64,000 nt of DNA from a candidate division WOR-3 bacterium (lineage in GTDB: Bacteria; Hydrothermota; UBA3072; B12-G15). The notes under the pieces are model-generated. The model did not search any database. It saw only the letters and a list, made by a program, of their open reading frames with translations, and had not been told where the DNA came from. Numbering within the stretch: position 1 is the stretch's first letter; each line of letters starts with the position of its first letter. Positions 37,997 through 49,428 of the stretch are shown here, one piece after another. The translations under genes and the position numbers were made by a program. Location of the stretch: NCBI GenBank assembly GCA_965649055.1, contig CBFGJG010000004.1:18343-82342 (forward strand), read 5' to 3'.

Positions 37997-40695
37997 TACT
38001 GTTATTTCTTTTGATGAATCCTTTACAGGATTTTAAAGTTGCTAAGGGATTGTTCGATGATGGGATGTATGAACTTGCAGAAAAGGAATTAAAAAATTTT
38101 ATCGTTAACTATAAAGATAGCGAATATGCAAAAGAAGCAGCATTGCTTTACTTGAAAGCACTTTACGCCCAGGAAAAGTATGAAACTATAATAGGTGAGA
38201 GTAAAAAACTAATACTTGATTATCCGGAAAATAGGGAAGAAATCCTTATAATAAAGGGAAAAAGTGAGATTAAAATCAATAGATTTAGTGATGCAGAAAG
38301 GACATTCAACCAGTTACAGGACAGAAAGAAAAAATATTCAATGATCGGTGATATGTATTATGGAAAGGGTGATTATAAAAATGCAATCATATATTATCAG
38401 AAACTAAATGATGATTATGGTAATTTTTCTATCGGGTGGTGCTACTATAAATTAAAAAGATGGGATGATGCAATGAGATATTTCAAAATGGTGAAAGAAA
38501 AAAAATATATTGAAGAGTCCGAATATATGATTTCCAAGATTAATATTATTAAAACAGGAAAGACTGATGAGTTAATAAAATTTTTAAAGAACTATCCAAA
38601 AAGTAAATTCAGAGCTAACGCACTTCTAACACTCGGAGAATATTACGAAGATAAGAACATACAGGAATCACAAAACTATTATATCAAAGTTGTTAATGAA
38701 AAACTTGAATACTCAGATTATGCACTTTATAGAATAGCACTAAACTATTTTAAGAGTGAAAAATATGACTCTTCACTTTATTATTTTAATCTTGTAGAAC
38801 CAACATCAAAGTATTTTGGAGATTGCCTGTATTATATTGCAAGAATAAATTCTTTAAAAGGTGAATATGATATTGCAATAAATTTATTCAAGCAGGTGGC
38901 TAATGATTATAAGGAATTAAGGGAACAGAGTATATTCAGGATTGCTGAAATATATAAAAAGAAAGGAGAAATAGATAAAGCTGTTGAAAATTTCAAGATT
39001 GTAACAGGTGAATTAAAAACAGGTGCTAATATAGAAATAGGAAACATATTCCTGTCAAAAGGCCAGTTCGACAGTGCTTTATACTATTTTTCGTTAAGTG
39101 ATGATGATAAGATGGTTTTTTTAAAGAGTATAACATATTTTAAAATGGGAAATTACGATGAGGCTATTTCAAACTGCCAAAAAATAATAAAGAGATCAAA
39201 AGACACAGAATTAGTTTTAAAGTCAAAACTCCTTCTTGGAGATACCTATCTTGAAAAGAAAAGTTATGATGAGGCAATCAATTTTTATACAGAGGTTTTA
39301 AATAATAATATGAGAATCCTTTATCCTTCAGCACTTGAAGGATTGGGATGGGCTTATTACGGGAAGAAAGATTACAATGCTGCATTCAATTACCTTGACA
39401 GGTTATCAAAAGAATTCCCGGATTATCAGGGAAAAGGTAAAATATTTCTCACTATGGGCGATATTGCGTATTCAATGAAAGATTATGAAAGGGCTATTGA
39501 ATATTACAGCAAAGTTAAAGGAGAGGAAGAACCTGAATCTTTTTATAAAAAAGGGCTTGTTCTCTTTGATAAAGGTGATTACACAGGTTCAATAAAAATA
39601 TTGAATGAACTTAGGAAGAAGTTCCCATTATATGAAAAATCAGATGATGCATTATATCTTATTGCACTTGCTTCAAGGAAGGCAAACGATATTTACGCAT
39701 CTATAAACAATATACGTGAATTATTAAAGATGTCTGTATCTAAAGAATTAAAGGCTAAAGCAACCCTACTTCTGGCAGACAACTTTTTTGACCAGGGAAG
39801 ATTTGATTCTTCTCTATACTATTATGAAAGATATACTTATATTTTCACACAACCACAAAAAGAGATGGTTCCCGGAATAAGAGGTATAGTTTATTCTGTT
39901 TATAAATTGAGGGGAGAGAAAGAGTTTGAAAATATAATTAATGATTACATGAGAAGATATAAGGAAACAATAATATATCAGGATATCGCAGTTATGTTTG
40001 CAAGGCTCTATCAAAATATTGGTAATTCAAAGAAGGCAATTGAGTTACTTGAAGGCATAAATACAATAGATTCGAAAATAGCACTTTTAGATGTATACAA
40101 GAAAACAGGAAATCAAGAGAACCTGATAAAATTATTGAATGAACTTTTGACAGATGAAAGGACTAAGGAAAAGGCATCTTTTGAACTGGCAAGTTATTAT
40201 TTTAAAAGAAAAGAATTTTCAAAAGCAATTGAATATTCAAAAAATATAAATAAACCTGATATTAACTATATCTATATTATGTCACTTATTGAGAATAAAA
40301 AGATAGAAGAAGCACTTGATGAACTTGAAAAAAGAAATACAGAGGATTATAAAGAACTCCTGAAAGGTATTATATTAATCAGAAAGGGGGACGAAACCGG
40401 TGTTCAATACCTTGATAATGCTATGAAGAATGAAAATACAGCACCAATTTCCATTTATGAAAAAGCAGTATATCTTATTGGTAAAAATAAAGACAACGAT
40501 GCAAAAGAGATACTTTTGAAAATGAGATATCTATATCCTGAAAGTGAGTATTATTCACCATCTATGATTATACTGTCAAAGATATTGATAAAGGAAGGAA
40601 AAAAATCAGAAGCAAGGAAAATTCTTGAAGAAATTATAGCAAGAAAGGATGGATATGAAAAAGATGCAAAAGCTATTCTTGATAGTATTCGTTAG
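37993..40695 (+). CDS. Large exported TPR-repeat protein
   Basis: SD GGAGG before ATG 37993; short hydrophobic N-terminus; many TPR repeats. Confidence 0.82.
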   Translation: MILLFLLMNPLQDFKVAKGLFDDGMYELAEKELKNFIVNYKDSEYAKEAALLYLKALYAQEKYETIIGESKKLILDYPENREEILIIKGKSEIKINRFSDAERTFNQLQDRKKKYSMIGDMYYGKGDYKNAIIYYQKLNDDYGNFSIGWCYYKLKRWDDAMRYFKMVKEKKYIEESEYMISKINIIKTGKTDELIKFLKNYPKSKFRANALLTLGEYYEDKNIQESQNYYIKVVNEKLEYSDYALYRIALNYFKSEKYDSSLYYFNLVEPTSKYFGDCLYYIARINSLKGEYDIAINLFKQVANDYKELREQSIFRIAEIYKKKGEIDKAVENFKIVTGELKTGANIEIGNIFLSKGQFDSALYYFSLSDDDKMVFLKSITYFKMGNYDEAISNCQKIIKRSKDTELVLKSKLLLGDTYLEKKSYDEAINFYTEVLNNNMRILYPSALEGLGWAYYGKKDYNAAFNYLDRLSKEFPDYQGKGKIFLTMGDIAYSMKDYERAIEYYSKVKGEEEPESFYKKGLVLFDKGDYTGSIKILNELRKKFPLYEKSDDALYLIALASRKANDIYASINNIRELLKMSVSKELKAKATLLLADNFFDQGRFDSSLYYYERYTYIFTQPQKEMVPGIRGIVYSVYKLRGEKEFENIINDYMRRYKETIIYQDIAVMFARLYQNIGNSKKAIELLEGINTIDSKIALLDVYKKTGNQENLIKLLNELLTDERTKEKASFELASYYFKRKEFSKAIEYSKNINKPDINYIYIMSLIENKKIEEALDELEKRNTEDYKELLKGIILIRKGDETGVQYLDNAMKNENTAPISIYEKAVYLIGKNKDNDAKEILLKMRYLYPESEYYSPSMIILSKILIKEGKKSEARKILEEIIARKDGYEKDAKAILDSIR

Positions 40696-41827
40696 CATTG
40701 TTGTCTTTGGCCAGTATCTTGATATACCTGATGTTACTGTTTATGGTGAAAAAGAGATAAACATTATTCCACCAAAGAAAAGCACACTTTTTTTTGTTGT
40801 AAAACCAGATTCTTTCGTCCTGAAAGATAAAGAAATAGAAATATCGGAAGGAAAGGATATAGAAAAATACGAGATGAAAAATTTTGGTTTTTACACAAAA
40901 TTTTCCATTGGTTCTTTCTTTGATACTTCCCTTGTTTCTTTTGATGAAAGATTCAGTTTCTTTGCTCAAAAAGAGTATCTGCCTATACTTTTTGATGCCT
41001 TCATAAGAAGGGATTTTAAGTTTTATGATTATGATGTTTCAGGTAATCTTTCTTTCCATCCATACGATGGACATTCTTTTTTCGCGGAATACTCTAAGTT
41101 AAAATCAGATTCTATAGAAGAAATATTTGGTTTGAACTATCTTTTTTCAAATAGATTTGGAGATTTCAAGATAGGATTATTTACAGGAAATAGTGATATA
41201 TACATTCTCTCTAACCTTAATTTTAGATTTAGAAATTATAACATTTCATTCAATATTTTCGACCTTTTCTTTCCTGATTCAAATTTTTTTCTTTCATTAT
41301 CATACGATTTAAATGAATTTTCAAGAATAGGATTTTGTTTTAAAAAATATCCGTTACCGGTCTTTACATACATTATACCTGTAAATGATTTTTACCTAAA
41401 AGGAGAGTTTTCAAGTAGCAGGTATCCGTTTCTTCAAAATATTATTATATCGTATTTTGAACAATTTTTCATATGCGATAAATACAGAATTTCATTGGGG
41501 TATAAATTATTAAAATCTGGATATGCAGCCATTTTTATGAATGATAGTGTATTCCATGGATTTTCATTCTCAATATATAAGCCTTTTAACTTTAATATAT
41601 ATTATATATTTGATAATAAAATCTTCATAAATTCCGATATGGAATTAAATCTGATGGACAGATTCATTTTTACACTCCTTTTTTCATATCGAAATGGTGT
41701 AAATGTAAAGGCAGAGGCTGAATTCATTATAAATGAAATGCTCTCTCTTTTTATTGAATCCATATCATCATATGAAATTGACTCTTATAATATTAGAACA
41801 GGATTAAAAATAAGGAAGGTTTTCTAA
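40649..41827 (+). CDS. Putative outer-membrane beta-barrel protein
   Basis: Signal peptide, IPDVTVYG, aromatic-rich alternating pattern, C-terminal Phe. Confidence 0.55.
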   Translation: MDMKKMQKLFLIVFVSIVVFGQYLDIPDVTVYGEKEINIIPPKKSTLFFVVKPDSFVLKDKEIEISEGKDIEKYEMKNFGFYTKFSIGSFFDTSLVSFDERFSFFAQKEYLPILFDAFIRRDFKFYDYDVSGNLSFHPYDGHSFFAEYSKLKSDSIEEIFGLNYLFSNRFGDFKIGLFTGNSDIYILSNLNFRFRNYNISFNIFDLFFPDSNFFLSLSYDLNEFSRIGFCFKKYPLPVFTYIIPVNDFYLKGEFSSSRYPFLQNIIISYFEQFFICDKYRISLGYKLLKSGYAAIFMNDSVFHGFSFSIYKPFNFNIYYIFDNKIFINSDMELNLMDRFIFTLLFSYRNGVNVKAEAEFIINEMLSLFIESISSYEIDSYNIRTGLKIRKVF

Positions 41828-41828
41828 T

Positions 41829-42554
41829 ATGGAAAGAAGGATACTTTTATCAATTGCTGGTTTTGACCCGACAGGGCTTGCAGGTATATTAAGGGATATT
41901 CAGGTTTTTAATTCTCTTGGTTTTCATGGTTGCGGTATGGTAACATCTTTAACCATTCAAAGTTCAAAAAAAGTATTCAAAAAAAAGGATATTCCACAAA
42001 AATATATATTTGAATCACTTTCAAAAATAAACCTTGATATATCCGGGATAAAAATAGGTATGTTAAATAATGAGAAGAGTGCTATGGAGGTCTTAAAATA
42101 CATTGAACATTCAAGGATTAAAAATATAGTATTAGACCCTGTCCTTTTTTCAACTTCAGGTTACAGGCTGATAAACGAAAAGGGTATTAAATTTATGAAA
42201 GAAAGAATTTTTCCTTTTGTTTTATCTATTACCCCCAACCTTTTTGAGGCAAAAGCCCTTACCGGTGAGAAAAAAATAGAGAAGATTTTAGAAAAACTTA
42301 AAAGATTAATCAGTGGTTTTGTGATACTTAAAAATATCGATGGGGTCGATATATTTTTTGATGGTTCAAATCTTGTAGAGATAGAACCCTATCATAGGTT
42401 GAAAGATGCAAAGATGCATGGTTCTGGATGTGTTTTTTCTTCTGCATTGCTATCGTATCTTTCAAAAAATATGAATCATTTACAGGCTGCAAAAATGGCA
42501 AAGAAATATACTGAAGAAGAAATAATTAGTTTTTTAAAGAAACCTGTTGACTAA
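41829..42554 (+). CDS. thiD: Hydroxymethylpyrimidine/phosphomethylpyrimidine kinase
   Basis: SIAGFDPTG.AG, KIGML, VLDPV, ITPNLFEA, HGSGC. Confidence 0.88.
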   Translation: MERRILLSIAGFDPTGLAGILRDIQVFNSLGFHGCGMVTSLTIQSSKKVFKKKDIPQKYIFESLSKINLDISGIKIGMLNNEKSAMEVLKYIEHSRIKNIVLDPVLFSTSGYRLINEKGIKFMKERIFPFVLSITPNLFEAKALTGEKKIEKILEKLKRLISGFVILKNIDGVDIFFDGSNLVEIEPYHRLKDAKMHGSGCVFSSALLSYLSKNMNHLQAAKMAKKYTEEEIISFLKKPVD

Positions 42555-42593
42555 AATTTATGTTGTTTTAATATATAAAAAAGAGAGGTAAAT

Positions 42594-43064
42594 ATGAAAA
42601 TAGAGTTTATAAAAAAGCTTATTGAATTACTTGAAAATAGTAATATTAATGAGATAGAGATAAAGAGGTTCGGGACATCTCTAAGAATAGTAAAATTAAA
42701 AAATCAGATTATCACAAATTTTCAGGAAACACCAAATCCGGTGAAGGTTCAGACACATCAGGTGAAAGAAAAGGAAGAAAAGGTAGAAACGAAGAAAGAA
42801 GAAGTAAAAGAGAAGAAAGATTATCTTATGATTAAATCTCCGATGGTTGGAACATTTTACAGGGCACCGGCACCAGATGCCCCACCTTTTGTTGAACTCG
42901 GTGATATTGTAAAACCAGGCCAGACTGTTTGTATTATTGAAGCTATGAAGATAATGAATGAGATAAAATCAGAATTTAGCGGTAAAATTGTTGAAATACC
43001 TGTTAAAAATGAACAACCGGTTGAATTTGGGCAGGTTTTATTCCTTCTTGAACCATTAAAATAG
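42594..43064 (+). CDS. accB: Biotin carboxyl carrier protein
   Basis: [22 protein letters not shown]. Confidence 0.96.
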   Translation: MKIEFIKKLIELLENSNINEIEIKRFGTSLRIVKLKNQIITNFQETPNPVKVQTHQVKEKEEKVETKKEEVKEKKDYLMIKSPMVGTFYRAPAPDAPPFVELGDIVKPGQTVCIIEAMKIMNEIKSEFSGKIVEIPVKNEQPVEFGQVLFLLEPLK

Positions 43065-43072
43065 GAGGGAAA

Positions 43073-44167
43073 TTGGAGCTTAGACCCATTCTTGAAAAGA
43101 TGGTAAAGATGGATGCTTCAGACCTGCATTTAAAAGTAGGTCTTCCACCTATTTTAAGGGTGCATGGAAGACTTACCCCTTTAAATATGCAGCCGCTTAC
43201 CAATGATGACCTGAAGGAAGCTGCTGCTTCACTTATGACAAAACAACAACAGGAAGAATTTGTAAAGAGGAAGGAAGCTGATTTTGCTGTAGGATTGAAA
43301 GGTCTTGCAAGATTCCGTGTGAACTGTTATGTCCAGAGGGGAAGTATTGCAATCGCGATGAGGACAATACCACACGTGATAAGGTCAATTGATGAGTTAA
43401 ACCTTCCTCAAATCCTGAAAGATATTTCCCTTTATCCAAGAGGGCTTATACTCGCAACGGGAACAACCGGTTCAGGTAAGTCAACAACACTTGCTGCAAT
43501 GATTGAATACATAAATCAGAATGTCTCGAAACATATCATAACAGTTGAGGACCCTATAGAGTATCTTTTCAGGGATAAAAAATCAGTGATTTCTCAAAGA
43601 GAGGTAGGAACAGATACATATTCTTTTGCAGATTCACTGAGGTATATTTTAAGGCAGGACCCTGATGTTATAATGATAGGTGAGATAAGGGACGTTGATA
43701 CAATGGATACTGCTCTAAAAGCAGCTGATACAGGCCATCTTGTTCTTTCAACATTACACACCTTAAATGCTGCTGAAACAATAAACAGGATTATAAGTTT
43801 TTATCCACCACACCAGCAACAACACATAAGGGTTTTACTTTCTGCAACACTTGTAGCTGTTGTATCATTGAGACTGCTCCCGCTTAAAGATAAAACTGGA
43901 ATGATACCTGCAACAGAGATTCTTATCTCAACACCTACAATAAGGGAATATCTACTTGACCCTGTTAAAACATTGAAGATTCCACAGGCAATTACGGAAG
44001 GCAGTCAGTATGGAATGCATTCATTTGACCAGTGTATAATGGATTATTATAAAAGGGATTTGATTGATTATGAAACAGCTATAAACAATTCGACTAATCC
44101 TGATGAATTCAAGATGAAGTTGAAAGGAATAGAAACATCCACTGAAGCAGGTTGGGGCGGGGCTTGA
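43073..44167 (+). CDS. pilT: Type IV pilus retraction ATPase, PilT/PilU family
   Basis: [54 protein letters not shown]. Confidence 0.9.
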   Translation: MELRPILEKMVKMDASDLHLKVGLPPILRVHGRLTPLNMQPLTNDDLKEAAASLMTKQQQEEFVKRKEADFAVGLKGLARFRVNCYVQRGSIAIAMRTIPHVIRSIDELNLPQILKDISLYPRGLILATGTTGSGKSTTLAAMIEYINQNVSKHIITVEDPIEYLFRDKKSVISQREVGTDTYSFADSLRYILRQDPDVIMIGEIRDVDTMDTALKAADTGHLVLSTLHTLNAAETINRIISFYPPHQQQHIRVLLSATLVAVVSLRLLPLKDKTGMIPATEILISTPTIREYLLDPVKTLKIPQAITEGSQYGMHSFDQCIMDYYKRDLIDYETAINNSTNPDEFKMKLKGIETSTEAGWGGA

Positions 44168-45507
44168 GTATAAAAAAATTACTTGTTGCAAACAGAGGTG
44201 AAATAGCGGTAAGAATTATAAGGGCTGCAAAAGAACTCGGAATAAAGACTGTTGCAGTATTTTCTGAAGGTGATGAGAATTCCCTCCATATATTCCTTGC
44301 AGATGAGTCCGTAAGAATAGGTCCAGCAAACCCAAAGAAAAGCTATCTTAATATACCAATGATAATAAGTGCAGCTGAGGTTTCAGGAGCTGATGCAATC
44401 CACCCGGGATATGGTTTTCTTGCTGAAAATCCCGTTTTTGCAGATACATGCATTGATAGTGGTTTTATATTCGTTGGTCCTTCCCCTGATGCAATAAGAA
44501 AAATGGGTGATAAATCAGAGGCAAAGAAGACAATGAAGCAAGCTGGTGTTCCTGTTGTCCCGGGGAGTGAAGAACCTTTAAAAAATGTTGAGGAGGCAAT
44601 AGAGATTTCAAAAGAGATTGGTTTCCCTGTAATTCTAAAGGCAGTGAGCGGTGGTGGCGGAAAGGGTATGAGGGTTGCTTACAATGAAAAAGAACTTTAT
44701 GCTAATTTTAGAATGGCTTCTTCAGAGGCAGAAGCAGCATTCGGTGACGGAAGAATATATATAGAGAAGTATATTGAGAACCCAAGACATATTGAGATTC
44801 AGGTCATGGGTGATATGATGGGTAATGTTGTTCATCTTGGAGAAAGAGAATGTTCAATCCAGAGAAAGCATCAAAAATTACTCGAAGAGGCACCTTCCAC
44901 CATTGTGGATGAGAAAATGAGGGAAGAAATGGGAAGGATAGCTGTGAAAGGTGCAAAGAAAATAGGATATTATTCAGCAGGAACAATGGAATTTATTGTG
45001 GATAAGAATAAAAATTTCTATTTTATGGAAATGAACACAAGAATACAGGTTGAACATCCTGTTACTGAAATGGTGACAGGTTTTGATCTTGTAAAAGAGC
45101 AGATACTGGTTGCAATGGGAGAGAAACTGAGTTTTACTCAGAAGGATATAAGATTTAAAGGACATGCTATTGAGGCAAGGATAAATTCTGAAAGTCCCGA
45201 GAATGGTTTCATACCCAGTGTCGGAAAGATAAATTCAATTCATATACCGGGTGGTAATGGTGTAAGGATTGACACACATCTTTATCATGGATACAATATT
45301 CCACCATATTACGATTCCCTTATAATGAAGATAATTACACACGGAAGGGATAGGAATGAGGCGATTCTGAGGATGAAAAGGGTTCTTGATGAAATAATTA
45401 TAGATGGTGTCCAGACAACGATAGGACTTCATAAAAAAATTCTTGAAAACGAAAACTTTCTAAAAGGTGAAATAAATACAAATTTTCTACAAACTATGGG
45501 TATATAA
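44164..45507 (+). CDS. accC: Biotin carboxylase
   Basis: [52 protein letters not shown] start overlaps the pilT stop. Confidence 0.96.
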   Translation: MSIKKLLVANRGEIAVRIIRAAKELGIKTVAVFSEGDENSLHIFLADESVRIGPANPKKSYLNIPMIISAAEVSGADAIHPGYGFLAENPVFADTCIDSGFIFVGPSPDAIRKMGDKSEAKKTMKQAGVPVVPGSEEPLKNVEEAIEISKEIGFPVILKAVSGGGGKGMRVAYNEKELYANFRMASSEAEAAFGDGRIYIEKYIENPRHIEIQVMGDMMGNVVHLGERECSIQRKHQKLLEEAPSTIVDEKMREEMGRIAVKGAKKIGYYSAGTMEFIVDKNKNFYFMEMNTRIQVEHPVTEMVTGFDLVKEQILVAMGEKLSFTQKDIRFKGHAIEARINSESPENGFIPSVGKINSIHIPGGNGVRIDTHLYHGYNIPPYYDSLIMKIITHGRDRNEAILRMKRVLDEIIIDGVQTTIGLHKKILENENFLKGEINTNFLQTMGI

Positions 45508-46103
45508 TGTCTATAATAAGATTTGGTTCAAGGGAAATAACCTGTAAGATAGTTTACTATGGACCCGGAAGGGCAGGAAAGACCACCAATCTCCAGTATC
45601 TTTATTCGAGGATTCCAGCAACAAGAAGGAGCGAACTTGTATCCCTTGCAACGGAAACAGATAAAACGCTTTTTTTCGATTATATGCCAATAGATGTAGG
45701 CAATTACAGGGGTTTTACAACAAAATTTCAGCTTTATACAGTTCCGGGACAGGTTTTTTATGAGGATACGCGAAAACTTGTTCTAAAAGGAGCTGATGGT
45801 ATCGTTTTTGTAGCAGATTCTCAAAGAGAAAGATTAGAAGATAATATTTTCAGTCTTGAGAACATGTTTCAAAATATGGAAGAAAATGGAATAGATATAA
45901 ACGATACCCCTATCGTTCTACAATATAACAAGAGGGACATGAACGATATTTGCACTATAGATGAGTTACAGGAAATATTAAATAAGAATTTCCTGTATGA
46001 ATACTATGAGGCAATAGCAATAAAGGGAGTGGGTGTTCCTGAAACTTTTAAGGCAATAGGAACACTTGTTCTTAAAAATTTAAGGGAGAAATTAGGTCTA
46101 TGA
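45507..46103 (+). CDS. mglA: MglA-family small GTPase
   Basis: KIVYYGPGRAGKTTNL, TETDKTLFFD, LYTVPGQVFY, FVADSQ, QYNKRD. Confidence 0.93.
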   Translation: MSIIRFGSREITCKIVYYGPGRAGKTTNLQYLYSRIPATRRSELVSLATETDKTLFFDYMPIDVGNYRGFTTKFQLYTVPGQVFYEDTRKLVLKGADGIVFVADSQRERLEDNIFSLENMFQNMEENGIDINDTPIVLQYNKRDMNDICTIDELQEILNKNFLYEYYEAIAIKGVGVPETFKAIGTLVLKNLREKLGL

Positions 46104-47830
46104 TTGAGGATACAGGACAATTTGATGATTTAAGGGTAGTTTTATCAAAACCCGAAAATTATGGTGTTGTTTATATTTACGGGGTAAACCAGGAAATTCT
46201 TTCGAATATAGAATATTTTATAAATTCTTCAAAGATAGTATTTTTAAAAATAAATGCAGAAAAATTAAAAGAAATTGACTTTTCGGGTATTGAATTACCA
46301 AAAGTTGTTCTGCTCCAGGATATTGAATATTTTGTAAGGAATCCTGAGGAGGAAAAATATTTTATCACATTAATTGAGAAATGCCTCAGGGAGAAAAAAC
46401 AACTATTGATAACAGGTATGTTTTCACTATCGGAGATAAAATTATCTGATAACGCAATGTTATATCTAAAACATATCTTCACGATTAAATTTGAACATAA
46501 AGACAAAAAAGGTGATCAGTTCACTGAAATTATAAAGACAATAGAACCTGATATACCTGAAATAAAACCCGAAAACAATATTGTTGAGGAATTGAGAGAA
46601 GAATATAAGGCAAAAATGTATATTTGGAAGATGAAGGGGTTTAACACATCAAGGATTGAAAGTGTTATTGATGGTAATATAGAGGCGATAACGAGTGAAT
46701 TCATTTCTTTCACAGCAGATATACAGAGGCTTATTGAACTGCAGAAAAGGTATGGAATATTGGAACTTCACATGATACCCGAGAAGGAAAAAATAGATAT
46801 AGAGAAAAAATTGTTTGACCCTGATAGCATATCAGAATTAGAGTACAAGATTTCTTTCTATGAGAAGAGGGCAACATTAAGAAACCAATTTAAATTAATG
46901 CTCTCCTGGGATGAAAGAATGAATAGTGTTGAAGTTGATGAGAGCAATTCACAAATAGTTAGATTTATAACAAGCTTCTCACTTGAACCATATAAATATA
47001 AAGGTTTGAACCTTATAAGGGGCGATAGAGGATTTGGTAAATCCACATACCTTAATATTACAGGAATACAATTATTTGAAAATTTTAGAAATCTTGTTAT
47101 AGCATTTATAACACCACATTCAATATTAAATATTGATGATTTTCTAAATGACCTTTCATATTTTGATATCGCACTTTTCGATGATATTGATAAGGTAATT
47201 TTTAGATATCAAAAGATTTTTTCAGATGATATACTCAGAATAATTTTTGACATGCCTGTCCTTGCTACTTTTACAAGCAAAGGATTTATCGATACTGTAA
47301 AACATTTTGAAATAAAGAATAATTTTGAAATTAAAGAACCCGGGATTAAAATAAAAAGAAAGATGATAGAAAAAATAACAAACGATAGCAAGATTATTGA
47401 AATGGCAAACGAAGAAGTCCAGAAGATAAAAGGCGGTTTTTATGAAATAGAAAACCTGATATCAAATTTATATTACGAAAAGAAAGAAGAATTACCCTCA
47501 AAGGAAATAATTGAAGAAAAAAAGGAAGTCGTTGAGATTAAGACAGAAGGTGAAGAAACGATAACAGAAATTCCAGAAAAAATAGATTTTAAAGAAGAAA
47601 TCAAAGAAGAGATAAAAGAAGAAATAGAAGAAAAATCGGAAGTTTCTGAAAAAATTATTGAAGAGAAGAAAGAAATTCAGGTTCCAAAGATCGAAAAGAT
47701 AGAAGAAGAATTACTCGAAGAAAAAGTAGCACCTGAAGAAACTAAAGAAGTTAAGAAAATAGAGTTTGTTAGCGAAGGTATAGTAATGGATATAGAAAAT
47801 TATAGTTTAAGGATACAGAAGGAGCTGTAA
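46100..47830 (+). CDS. Protein with tandem DnaA/Hda-like AAA+ domains and a Glu/Lys-rich tail
   Basis: Second module GDRGFGKS and IALFDDID; first, degenerate module VVLLQDIE...KQLLITG. Confidence 0.6.
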   Translation: MIEDTGQFDDLRVVLSKPENYGVVYIYGVNQEILSNIEYFINSSKIVFLKINAEKLKEIDFSGIELPKVVLLQDIEYFVRNPEEEKYFITLIEKCLREKKQLLITGMFSLSEIKLSDNAMLYLKHIFTIKFEHKDKKGDQFTEIIKTIEPDIPEIKPENNIVEELREEYKAKMYIWKMKGFNTSRIESVIDGNIEAITSEFISFTADIQRLIELQKRYGILELHMIPEKEKIDIEKKLFDPDSISELEYKISFYEKRATLRNQFKLMLSWDERMNSVEVDESNSQIVRFITSFSLEPYKYKGLNLIRGDRGFGKSTYLNITGIQLFENFRNLVIAFITPHSILNIDDFLNDLSYFDIALFDDIDKVIFRYQKIFSDDILRIIFDMPVLATFTSKGFIDTVKHFEIKNNFEIKEPGIKIKRKMIEKITNDSKIIEMANEEVQKIKGGFYEIENLISNLYYEKKEELPSKEIIEEKKEVVEIKTEGEETITEIPEKIDFKEEIKEEIKEEIEEKSEVSEKIIEEKKEIQVPKIEKIEEELLEEKVAPEETKEVKKIEFVSEGIVMDIENYSLRIQKEL

Positions 47831-49428
47831 TGGCTATAAAGGGTTCATTAAAGGCAGCTTCTCTACCAGATGTGATACAGATGCTTTCTGTTGGAAGAAA
47901 ATCAGGTGTTCTTAGTGTAACAAATGGAGAAATATTCATATTCATATATTTTGAAAAAGGTAAAATTACAGGTCTCGATTCAGTTAACAGACAATACAGG
48001 ATAGGGGAATTGCTCATAAAGAATGGTAAGATAACAGAGGAACAGCTTGAAAGTGCACTATTAGTTCAGAAAGAAAACAAAGATAAATTACTTGGCGAGA
48101 TATTACTTGAGATGAAATTTATCGATGAGGATATATTAAAAAATGCAATAACAGAACAGGTTAAAGAAGGGCTTTACAGTGCATTTTCATGGGAAGATGG
48201 ATATTTCAGCTTTGAACCAGGGGAAAGCAAGGTAAAAAAAGTAGGTAAAATCTCAATTGATGCACAGGACCTTTTACTTGAAGCAGCAAGGATAGTTGAC
48301 GAGTTAAGTATAATAGAATTACCTGGATATTCTGATATCCTTTTAAAGACAAAAACAGATACTGATGGTCTTAACGAAAAAGAGAAAGAGATTATAAATC
48401 TTATAGATGGGAAAAAGACTATGGAAAATATCCTTGATGAGACAAGAATTGATGAATTTGAAGCGATGAAGATTATTGGCAAATTATTACAAAAGGGATA
48501 TATAAAAGGCTTGAAACAAACTTCTATACCGATAGAAAAGGCAATGGCGAAGATATCAGAGCATGAAAACCTTGGTATAGCATTTTTATATATGGAGATG
48601 TTCACCGAGGCGGAAAGAGAGTTTAGAAGAATACTTGAGATTGATCCTTTAAATGTTAAGGCAAAATTCTTCATAAGTATAATAAAATTTTTCAAAAATG
48701 ATATTGATTCTGCTATTAGTCTTACTAAAGAGATAATAAATATGAACAATTTTTATCCATCTGTTTATGCAAATCTTTCTGTTTTTTATGAAAAGAAAGG
48801 CGAACTTGATGAAGCATTAAATATTATTGATGAAGGGCTTAAAAATTGGCCAGAAAATTCTAAGTTATTATTAAATAAGTTAATTATAAAAATAAAGAAA
48901 AACGAGATTGAGAATTTAAAAGAGATATTTGAGAAAATAAAAGAAACGGAGATAAACAATCCTGTTTTCTATTTTTATTACGGAATATATGAATGGAAGA
49001 ATAAAAATTTGAATAATGCAATAAATATAATGCTTGAAGGTCTCAAGATTAATCCACAATTTCCCGAATATTACAATAATCTCGGCAGGTTCTACGAAGA
49101 AAGTGAAGAATACGAAAAGGCTGAAGCAATGTTTAAAAAGGCAATAGAAATAAAAAGTGATTACATCCCCGCAATTAAGAATATAGGTGATTTTTACTAT
49201 AAAAATGGATACTATTCACTTGCAAATGAGCAGTATGAGAAATTGACCAGTCTAAACTACAGTGATGCAGAGGTTTACTTTAAGATGGGAAACATTGCTC
49301 TTAAGAAGGGCGATTTCCACGATGCATATAAATTATGGAGTGAAGGATTAAATGTTGAACCTGATAATGAACTTTTGAAAAGGAATATAGAAATTCTTAA
49401 GAAAGATTATGGATTTGGAACTATATAG
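47830..49428 (+). CDS. DUF4388 (PATAN-like) plus TPR protein
   Basis: MAIKGSLK..SLPDVIQML...KSGVL, IYFEKG, RIGELL, W..GYFSF, LLLEAAR..DE; C-terminal TPRs. Confidence 0.85.
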   Translation: MAIKGSLKAASLPDVIQMLSVGRKSGVLSVTNGEIFIFIYFEKGKITGLDSVNRQYRIGELLIKNGKITEEQLESALLVQKENKDKLLGEILLEMKFIDEDILKNAITEQVKEGLYSAFSWEDGYFSFEPGESKVKKVGKISIDAQDLLLEAARIVDELSIIELPGYSDILLKTKTDTDGLNEKEKEIINLIDGKKTMENILDETRIDEFEAMKIIGKLLQKGYIKGLKQTSIPIEKAMAKISEHENLGIAFLYMEMFTEAEREFRRILEIDPLNVKAKFFISIIKFFKNDIDSAISLTKEIINMNNFYPSVYANLSVFYEKKGELDEALNIIDEGLKNWPENSKLLLNKLIIKIKKNEIENLKEIFEKIKETEINNPVFYFYYGIYEWKNKNLNNAINIMLEGLKINPQFPEYYNNLGRFYEESEEYEKAEAMFKKAIEIKSDYIPAIKNIGDFYYKNGYYSLANEQYEKLTSLNYSDAEVYFKMGNIALKKGDFHDAYKLWSEGLNVEPDNELLKRNIEILKKDYGFGTI

